A DNA stretch of 61,701 nucleotides, the filler included, from Bipalium vagum (lineage: Eukaryota): assembly GCA_037834085.1 (NCBI GenBank). It is 3 parts of 3 records of this genome, joined end to end, with 100 filler letters (N's around TTAATTAATTAA, not from the genome) between each part and the next. Parts side by side here need not be neighbours in the genome. Positions count along the whole stretch, not along the records: positions 44,218 to 61,701 come from JBBMKC010063604.1; 2 more parts are not named here. One strand, written 5' to 3'. The position numbers and the translations under genes were made by a program. Under the pieces are notes generated by a model. The model was not told the DNA's origin and searched no databases. It was given only the letters and a program-made list of their open reading frames with translations. Below, in pieces: positions 51,901 through 61,701 of the stretch. Positions within the stretch are counted from its first letter, which is position 1, and each line of letters starts with the position of its first letter.

Positions 51901-54900
51901 TATGTAGGTCTTGATTAATAATTTTCTTATGTAAGGGTTTTATGTACAAAAAGAAATTTTATGCATTTAATGTCGCATTTTAAAATTCTAAGATAGAAAA
52001 TAATATTGTGTAAATATCATAAAATGTAAATAGTTTTATTTGAAAGTGGCAATGAGGTAAAAATAATGTTAAAAAATAAATTTTTTACGTAGAATTGTCA
52101 AATTTTTATATTTTTCATTTTTTCTAATTCTGTTTATTCGACTTTGTTGAGTCTAAATTAATCAGATCATCGTAGAATCTACGATGTATATTATAATTCT
52201 TTTAAGGTTTAGTTTCGGACTTTTGATACAACGTTATTCTAATTGATTCACACTTCACAAATCTTAAATTATTTTGTGACTTCATTGATCTTTAATTTTT
52301 TGTTTATTTTGTTAAGTGTACTGATTACTTCATTCAAAATTGAGAGTGATATTTTTACATTTTCTTTTTTCACTTATTAAAAACCAATAATTAATTATAA
52401 GTTATTACAGCACCATAAACCAAAGAAAAAGTACCTAAGTAACAAAGTCAGTAAAATTAACAAAATACCAAGGTTTTAATTTTGTTTTGAAACTTTACTG
52501 TACCCAATATATAGAAGATGAAAATTACAATTCTACCCAGTTTGTGTATTTTTTTGAGGTCTTGAAAGTTTTCTCATTTAATATTATTAGGTAAAATAAA
52601 CATTGAAAATAATATAAGATGCTAAGTATAAATTGTTTAATTTTTGTATACTAAACTTACTTTTCCTTATGATGGAAAAATACTGATCTTTTCCTGTTTC
52701 CATAGTGCAACTGCTCTTTAGTTTTGGTTCATTTAGTTAATTTCCAAACAATTACTGCCTTGAGTGTTAAATTTATTATTAAAGAGTCTTGCACGGTATT
52801 CTCAATTAAAAACAAGGTTCCAGAAGAGTTGTAAGTGAACCTGTTTTCCTATTAATAATATATTTTGTCAACGATGTTCTTGATCTTTTAGATCTATATC
52901 TCTAATTTTAATTTTCTGAAATCAACGTCAAAACTCATTCTTGTTCTTAGTACTTTCAAACTGTTTGTCCAGGTTTAACATTTACCATGAACGCATGGTA
53001 AGTTTGCAATAATATGCTTTCTGTTCATTCTTTCTACAAATTCATGAAAAATATTCATTAATGAATTCCAAAATGATTTACAATATTTATTTTATTAAAA
53101 ACCTTTAATCCAAATCATGTCATGTGTTAAAATGATAAAACATTCATTTTAAGTTCAAATGATTGAAATTATTGGTGATTTCTTTACAAGCTAATATTAT
53201 ATGATTAATATTATATATGTAAACTAGTCTTAAGAAATTAGGTAATTCTTTCATAAATATCTGATTTTATTTTATTTAAATTGTTCAATGTGAATTTATT
53301 ATTTTCTCTTTACAAAAGAATTATTTTTAACCAAAATTATCATTCTTTCTATGATGAAATAACAATAAAAGATTTTGATAAGTTTTTCACACAGTTTTAT
53401 TCTGTAAATGATAAAATGATTTATTGACAACAATTTAGTAGGGGATAAGCTATTTTCTATTGAACATATAATTTATTTTGTAAAATTTATATATTTAAAA
53501 ATAATATAAATCTTTGAATGGTGACTTTTTGGAAATAAAAAATTTATCATTCTTTACAGACAAAATCTGGAAATACTGTAAAAAAATTTATTACCTTAAA
53601 TAGATTTTATTTTAAATTATTTATTGTTTTATTCAATATAATAGGGTGTTTTTCGAAACAAAGGAGTGATATGCTTTTGTACGAGTCTTATCCAAACCTT
53701 GGCTGTATCTCACGATAATTCACTGACAGCGACTGGAAAAAGAAATAAAACCGCTCATTTTATAGTCCATAAAATATTGGACGATCAGAAATATTTCATG
53801 TTCGAATCTTTAGTATTTCGAAATCAGTTTTTACGTATTAAAAGTGGTCGATGTGATTGCAAGGTTAGTCCAATATCATTAAATTTATGAAAAATAAATT
53901 TTTTATCTTTTATGTATATTACATAATTTTTATTTTATTTTTATATTTTATCTTTTATTTAATTCTATTAAAAAGAGAAAAAATTATTTAAATATTTTTT
54001 TACCTTAAGAACAATGGCAATTTACTTCTTAAAAATTTGCTGTACTATAGCTCAAAATAAAATTATTTAATTTTTATATTTTCATAAATATAATTCGAAC
54101 TATTTAATATTTTATCAATAAAAATGTGGTTTTATAATTTTAATTAGTTATGAAAAGCTTCATGTACTTTGCAGATCACTCCATAAATTAAATTCAAAAT
54201 TTACGTTAATGTTTTCAAATATTGTAACATTCCTTCTCTTGAACTTAATCATATCGTTTATGTTCATGTAACACACTGAAAAGTATGAAGCAAGTCTTCT
54301 TTTTGATAAACCCATTTAACCTTGAGAAAAAAAATTAATTTAGTTAAAAATCTTGTCAACTTCTGATTCCTGAGAAGTTATTTTTGAATTGGCAGAAGTA
54401 CTCCAAATATCATGCAAAACCATTCATGATAATATATATAAACTGAGATTCTTCAGCCACTACGATATTTGAGTTCCTTATAAGGTAATAGAGAAGAATC
54501 AAATTTTTCGTGTATCATTCTGCGATTATCTGCTAAAAAGAAATGAGTATCTTATTTCTTTAAAGCAGATTATGCTGGGTAATGATAAATGGATCCAGTA
54601 CGATAATGTTCTTAGAAAAAGATTCAAGGGTAAGGCAAGTGAGATTTCTTTACAGACCCTCAAGGGTGGACTTCATTCATGAAAAGTGTCACTGTCTAAT
54701 GATATGATTATAAGGAGTCATCCATTATGAACTGCTACCGCACAATCCAAACACAGATTCCAAAAAATATTTCTCAACTAATGCATCTGTATGAGATTTA
54801 GCAGAAGTCAAAGAAAAGCAACTAATTTATCAAATGAAAATTATTTTAAATGTAGCATTTGCAATGACAAAAGTTAATTCTAAAATTGTCCTAAAAAACA

Positions 54901-57900
54901 CCTCTAAAGAAAAAGAAATGAAATTTTCCACATGAAGAAATTCTTCAATTAACAATTCTATAGAGCGTAAAATCATCTTTGTCAAGATTATAACCCATGA
55001 ATGAATGATTGTCAAAATATTAAAATTATTTATGTATCGAAACTTCATTCATTTTTTCGAATTTCTTAATATTTAGAATATAATTGAATATTTTATTTGG
55101 CTTATTTTAGCAAAATTGTTATCTTGGTTGCTTCATTTATCAGGTTTTTGGTTAAACTTCAAGAGGACATAACCAATTTAAACATCTTCAGAAGATAATT
55201 ATAATACAATGAAAAATATATTATGCTGATCAGAGTTTTATTTCAGCTAACAAGTCACAAGAGTATTATAGATTTTGTACATGAAAATTGAATAATTAAT
55301 TAAAATTAAACAATATAATTTCTATTCTTAATGCACAAAGATGATTACTATTTAGGGTTCTGGAGAAAAGGATTGCTTATTTAAAATTGAAAGATATAAA
55401 GAACATGGTTATGTCACTCTACAATCCATTGAAAACCGAGGAATTTACGTAGGAATGAGTCCTGATGGTATGGTGAATCCAACAGTTGATGCTGGCAACA
55501 AAAATATCAACTTTTATCCAGAAGTTATTAAATGTAATTTAAGTCTTTTTAATGGCAATATTTCCATTTTAAATAAATTATGAAAATATTTTTTTATTGT
55601 TCCTACAGTTCTAGAATTAAAAAACTCAATGTAATAATTTAGTTTCAGTTAATTTGAGTAAGTACGACATTCTTATACTTATTCACAGGTAGTCAAAAGT
55701 ATGTTAAGCATTACCAATTTCTTTATGAAGTGATAGGTAGTGGTACATTAAAATGGTAATTATATTTACTTTGAATTTCTGAAGAGAAATGCTAAACAAG
55801 TTTAATGAGAAATATTTAATATATCATTATGAAGAAAACCAGTCTCTCATTATTCTATACTTAATTAGTGTTCATTGAAGTACGTTCGGTTAATATTAGA
55901 TTGAATAAATTTTATGGTTTATGAATTTAAAGTTTTACAGACCACCAGAAACCTTTCAGTTCATCAATTGTAACTACCATTTCAAGTCAAAATCACTTTG
56001 TCTCTTTTACGCTGAGTGAGCATATTGTTTTTTCTGAAGAGCTTGATATGTGTTCACAATGTTTATTTTATCGGAATAGGCTTGTACATTCCGAAAGAAG
56101 TTTTAAGTGCTTTGACAATTCAGCTTGATCTCATCTTTTATTATTTCCAAAAATGACCAGAGCGTATATTTTGATTTCTGATAAATTAATTTGGATTAGA
56201 AATTGGGGGCTTATGTGCAAACTTTACTAAAAAGGAAGTGAAATAAAAACAAATTTTATTTTACATTTATAATAATTTTCAGTGTTATCGTTTCGATTTT
56301 TATATACTCGTATTGTGCATAAAACTTACTTTTTCTTGTTCAGTAAAATAAATGATTTCTTTAAAATATTTATATATTTAAAAATTGTTTTACCTTTTGT
56401 ATTACTATTATTACTATTCAAAATTGTAAAAACCGTGTACTGTAAATTAATGTCTTATCAGTTGGTCTCATTCCTGATAAACAGTACCAAGGTGATCCCG
56501 GGAATCAGGAAATCCACAATTCAAAACCAAAATTGTCAAGCCAATCCTTTACTAATCTTGAAATATCTGAACCAATGTCCGTGAATACGGCTGAGTTGTC
56601 AAATTTGGCAGTGGAAAAAGATTATTATACAGGTAATAAAATAAATGCTTTAATTGTAAGAGGTAGCATTTTAATTTCCAGAAGGTGATTGGAAAGTATC
56701 AGTTTTTACGACTCAAGCAGCACAAAACTGTGAAATAATATTGGTGATATATGGGGAAGAGGGTTGTTCGGGTCCTATAATTCTTGGAAGATCACAGGAT
56801 GAAAATAAGCTCTTTGAATCTGGAGCGATGAACGAATTTAAAGTAAAATGAATTATGGTACAGGAAAATTAATTAAAATTTTCTTAAGATAAATGTGCCC
56901 ATCATTGGGTATTTGTATAAGATCCGCTTAGAATTGAAATCGCTGACGGAAGGAATCTCTCCATTTTGGTGCTTACAACAAGTAAGATTTTACTATATTA
57001 TTGCTTAAATAATCATTGAATACTAAGGATTTCAATTAATATTAGTTATAGAAATAATTTTTAGATTTTGATTTGCCTTTCATTATTTTCTCAAATATTA
57101 CGTGGTTATATCATAGGTTATAACAAGCTCACATTCGTGAACTAGAATAATAAAATTGAATGAAAATCAATTGGATTGGTATGTCAGTAAAAAATTTAAC
57201 TTAAATTTAACTCTGTTTTAAATAAAATTAAAATCAAAGAATAATAAATGGATTAAATTTCAATCATAAATTGATTTATTTCGTTTTTTATTTCTCACCT
57301 TTAGAAAATCGGAACACGCCTTGAGGCATATTTTACTTTTCTATTACTAAGCTTGGAAAAATATGTGAAGTGTATGAAGATGGTGTATTAACAGATGATT
57401 ACTAAAAATATGGATTAATTTCAAAGGTAAATTTTAAAAAGATGTCTTATAAAAGAAAACATTATAAATATATTTTATCATTCATATGATCATCAAATAT
57501 AATTTAAGTTGAAATTTCGTATTTCTTTGGTAAATTTCTTAAGGTAATTAACAAGAATGGAAAGTTAAAAAGTTAAATTTAAATAAATCGATTACAGTTT
57601 TTTCATTGATTTAGTCTGAAATATGAAGGCAAAGCAATGCAACATAAATTTCTTCGTTGCAACTTTAACACGAAATAACTTATCCGCTACCGAAATCCAC
57701 AAATTTCTTGATGAAAATTGGGGAGCAGAGAACATCGTCAGATTTCGGAGACTACAGTAGATTTCCGAAGTTTACAGGAGAACAACATAAATTTTTAGAG
57801 AAGACCAAGAACGAGCACTGCAGAAGAGAATGTCATAATTGAAAGTGAAATGACTGAGGAAAATAGCCACCTGAGTTGTTCAGCTATTTTAAGAGTCGCG

Positions 57901-59663
57901 GACATTGAGGAAAGGACTGTTCGCTGCATATTGAAAGAAGAGCTGGGGAAAAAGTCAATTTGCACCAGATGTGTTCCTAGCATTTTGACTTATAATAACA
58001 AAAGAGTCAGAGTCAGTTGTCAAGAAATATGGAATAATTATTTAGAAAGAAGGGCGAGGGAAAATATTATTGTGATCAATGAAAAAGAAACTTACATTCG
58101 AGACGTACTTCCAAAAGAATGCAACAGTGTTTGGATTGATAGTACAGGTGATCGTCCAATTATTCCTAGGTGGACAATATCTGATCGCAAAATTTTGATT
58201 ATTGTTATAAGCAACATTGCGAAATCACTCATGTATTTCGAAATTCTTCACGACGGTGAATCCACCAACTCTGACAGATACCTACAAATCCTGCAGAATA
58301 TGATTTCAAACTTTCAAGCAACACTACCTGCTTTGAAATTATCATTCAGTATGAAAATACCAGACTTCACGTAACACAGCTGATTTGATTTTGGTTAGCG
58401 TGTCTCTATTGAAACAGTCGCCATACTCACCCGACGCAAACATCATAGGTCGCTTTATCTTCAAAAACTACGAGCCCTAGAGACTTAGAAAAAAATAGTA
58501 ATTCAGGGAGGTGAACTACGATTTCTGCCAATATCTTATAGAAATATTTTTATTTCGTGCACAAATTTGAATATTTTTTACTCTAAATTCCCCACTGTAT
58601 TCTTTGATTGCGTAAAGGGAAATCAGCCGCAATTTTTCAGTATTTTCAAGATCAACTTATTTCAAAAGATTTTACTAGTTTTGGTTTCGGATATTATTAA
58701 TATGATATTATTGTGCAAACTACAATAAATATATTTAGGTTACTTCAAAGATCAAATTTTGTGATAAGCAGGCCAAACATTGATTCATATCCTAGTAACC
58801 GGAAATATCATTTGAACAATTTTGAAAATTCCTTAATTATAAATATACTTTTACATAAAATTTCTTAGAATTAATTAAAAATATATTAAATAAATTAAAC
58901 CCCGTCAAATACGTTAATATAATTTTAGATCGTGTTGGAAAATATTGTTACAGAAGAAAATTATATCTTTCCATTTAATAATCGTTTTTTTGGAAGAGGT
59001 TATGAGGATAATGAATTAAGTAGAGAGGCTGTTGCTCTCTCAACTGGAGATAGTATTCCAATTGTGAAATATAATATCTCCATAGTGACTGGAACAGAGC
59101 TAGGAGCAGAGTGTGACTTTCCTATTTCAATTGGATTATTTGGAGAATATGGAGATAGTGGTAGTCGTGAATTTTTTTCGCCTTTCACAGACACAGAACC
59201 TGCTTTCAGAAGAGGTATGGTAAGTGATAAAATATTTGCCTTTTCTATAAAATAGAGATTTTTATAGACTGATCAAATGACGATAGAATGTGCATATTTG
59301 GGTGAACTGAAGAGATGTCAAGTTACAGTTCACACCAGTACACCTGACTGTGGATGGTTTTGTAACAAAATTACAGTAGAAGATCCAATAACACAAACAC
59401 AAATAACATTTCCTGCAAATTTGTAAAATTTTTGAAATTTTAGAATGAAATATTTAACTCTTAAGGTGGTTTGATTCGCATCGTGGAGATCGAAAAATTT
59501 CAAGGTTTCTTGAACCAGAAAGTAAGTTTCATTTGTTCATGAATCTTTTTCCAAGTAATTTAGGCAAGGTTCAAAATTATTTTGATTTTATGAACATTTT
59601 TTAAACAATTCAATCAGAAAAAACCATTAATGAACATTATGTATGATTTTTATTTTAGAGTAA
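44339..59663 (+). CDS. Multi-PLAT (lipoxygenase homology) domain protein with two internal beta-trefoil-like domains; LOXHD1-like / similar to the PLAT-containing long RP1 isoform; 5' end missing
   Basis: Phase-consistent exons: 44339-44529, 44572-44791, 45380-45537, 45953-46219, 46270-46399, 47025-47317, 53645-53863, 55356-55533, 56462-56632, 56682-56842, 56889-56981, 58929-59219, 59268-59422, 59466-59521 and a tentative 59659-59663 (stop). PLAT motifs include GTTANVFLTIYG, LRLNHDNQG..PDW, YRITITTGD.WNAGTDAKVFI.LYG..GDSG, IGHNG.G.G.GWFLEKV, F.C.RWLD..EDDG...REL and GLFGEYGDSG.R. Confidence 0.88.
45824..45900. repeat. (TTA)n microsatellite, intronic
   Basis: About 25 pure TTA units. Confidence 0.95.
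47490..47870 (+). mobile_element. Decayed mariner-like fragment (same atypical family as 22560 and 57600)
   Basis: LTDDNARS, and PDINLSNRFVFRNM; GGYF-like end at ~47847-47858. Confidence 0.55.
52780..53130 (-). mobile_element. Possible highly decayed integrase-like fragment
   Basis: Minus-strand LEFINEYFHEFVERMNRKHII weakly resembles the segment after the second catalytic D of retroviral-type integrases. Confidence 0.25.
54250..54810 (+). mobile_element. Decayed mariner fragment in a PLAT-gene intron
   Basis: YDI*VPYKV (cf. WVPHEL), LKQIMLGNDKWIQYDNVLRKR (cf. I.TGDEKWI.YDN) and GVIHYELLP. Confidence 0.8.
57600..58560 (+). mobile_element. Decayed mariner-like transposase (atypical family), most complete copy
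   Basis: Starts at ATG 57623 (MKAKQ...SATEIHKFL) and includes RPRTS. ORF 57850-58374 has ERTVRCILKEELGKKSICTRCVPSIL, VINEK and TNSDRYLQIL. It is followed by LKQSPYSPDANIIGRFIFKNYE. Confidence 0.8.
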
Positions 59664-60844
59664 TTACAATTGAGATTCAGTACAATTACTGAACTGGAAT
59701 TTGAATTAAATGCATTCATTTTTATAGTTTTCTCTTAAAATCCCTAAGGAAGTTTCAAGTTAACCTATTTTTGTACATTTATTTATTTATATTTATTTAT
59801 TTTCATTTTATGATACATTCAATTTATGATTCATTATTCAACAATGGACAATTGACAAAAGTTTTAAAAATTATTTTAGTGAAAATCTACATGTTGATAT
59901 GTTATTTCTGTATTTATTTAATATTTTATAATTATTATATTACATTAAATGGGTAAATTTGCTTAAACAAATATCCTGAAACGTTGAATAATATTTATCT
60001 CGTAATAATACCTGTCAAATTAAGGTCACACGATTAATTGTAAAAATGTTTTTGTTTCTTCACATTTAATTTGTACTATTAAATTAATAAATTATTATAA
60101 AAGTAATAAAAATATTACTGAAGCTAAGTTTTAAGTTTAAAATTAATATATTAACTATAAACACAAATACAAAATTTAAAAAGCAAATATTGTTATTAGA
60201 ATTTTTGAATAATATTTATTGCAATTGCACTAAAACCCTTTAAATAATGATATTATTAATACAAAATTTAGGTATTCTTATTTTAAACATAATTTTTAAC
60301 AAAATGTGTAGATATTTTAATATAGATAATTCTAGTAAATAATTTAAAACTTTGGAATCGAAAATGCAAAGATGTCAAAAATTAAAGGAACACAGAATTT
60401 ATTTGAAAACTGATATCAAAATTTTGTGAAATAAAAAATGATCCAGTTGACGAAAAATAATAGATTTTGTTTAAATGATAAAATATATTTGGCTCTTCCA
60501 TTTAAATCTTGAACCCTTCGAAAATGTGAGGCACCAGGTCAAGCGACTATAAACAATTATATTTTTAAGAAGGCATGATCCTGAACATTCTATTCCAAAG
60601 CGCCCATAAGCTTTGAAAGTATGTTCCACGATTATGAACTCAACTTGAAGTCACTTGGTCTAACGGCATCATCTATGGGAGGGATTATCAGAGTCGTGAC
60701 TCTACATATAAAAAACCCCTTGATTAATTATATAAATAATTTTAAATATTAAATTAAGAGATAACTTAGGAGAGGTTCTCAAATTTGAATATATTTAGAT
60801 AGTACTAACAACACTGATAATTCGGCAATAACTAGCATTATTTT

Positions 60845-60868
60845 TATTTATTTTTATTATTATTATTA

Positions 60869-60914
<46 letters not shown>
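60845..60914. repeat. (TTA)n microsatellite
   Basis: Visible TTA run. Confidence 0.9.
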
Positions 60915-60915
<1 letters not shown>

Positions 60916-61701
60916 TTTCCAAGTTTTTCAAGAAACTACATTATTCTATTAAGAATTTCTTTAACTATTCTTTATCAGAATTACGTAAAATATGAGACTG
61001 TTTCATTTAATATTTTTTCTTAAATAATCACTTCGTTAAATTATATTTGAGATAGTTCTCAGACAATTCGAGAAAAATTTCAATTATTTCTACTTATTGT
61101 CTTCTGATCTGAGTATACATAATTTTTATTGTTGTTCATTTTTAATATTAATCGTGTCTATTAAATTTTTTCTTTGCCCTCTACATTCAGAATTTATAAT
61201 TGTTAAACGGTGCAGGCAAACGTTTATTTTTGTTAATAAATATTGACATAAACTGGCCTATTAAGTTTCGAATAAATACAAAAGAAACAACCATATTCAA
61301 CAGTGTTAGTCAGAATATTAAAAATAGCTTTGTTATCTTACATTTTTTACAGTAATTGTACACTCTTATCTTAATTATTATTTTTACTATCTTATTCAGT
61401 TGTATCAAAAGTTTCCTTATTTTTATAGTTCAATTTCCTTTTATCAAAAAATTATATTTCCACGAATATTGTCGAAATTAACAAACTATTTTTCCTTATT
61501 GTGTCAAGAAGTTGAGATTTGAAGACTGGAGCGACATTAATATTAGGTTTCCAAAAGAGTAATTGCGGTTTATAACCATATACTTTAAGAAGTCATAAAT
61601 TTTTTAAAAATCAACTTTATTAATCAAAATAATTTCCATCAGAATCAACAATTTTTTGCCAATTATTAACAAGTTTATATATACCAGTACAATAAAAATC
61701 T

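Noticed and set aside
53645-55533. Stand-alone FGF ligand gene
   Set aside because: The exons splice in phase with PLAT exons on both sides, and I see no separate start or signal peptide.

Overview
Very AT-rich, intron-containing animal genomic DNA. Gene content, many ~45-60 nt introns and the transposon types suggest a flatworm, probably a planarian (inference). I reconstructed four host genes by hand from splice sites. (1) A complete 11-exon boule (DAZ-family RRM) gene, + strand, 2201-8892. (2) A two-exon rhodopsin-family GPCR, - strand, 15578-9965, convergent with boule. (3) Two exons of a Smad4-type MH2 domain (32982-40331) with no MH1 visible. (4) A 5'-truncated gene with four PLAT domains and two internal beta-trefoil-like domains (RP1-long-isoform/LOXHD1-like), 44339-~59663. 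Introns and intergenic DNA hold many decayed Tc1/mariner/pogo transposons, some nested, plus a Penelope-like GIY-YIG fragment and (TAA)n microsatellites. There are three assembly gaps. The most unusual item is a ~120-bp element present twice. It has TGT...ACA ends, 5-bp target-site duplications and an internal tRNA(Ala)-like Pol III cassette, so it looks like a tRNA-carrying solo LTR or Ginger-like miniature element rather than an ordinary SINE. All gene models are unverified by transcript data.
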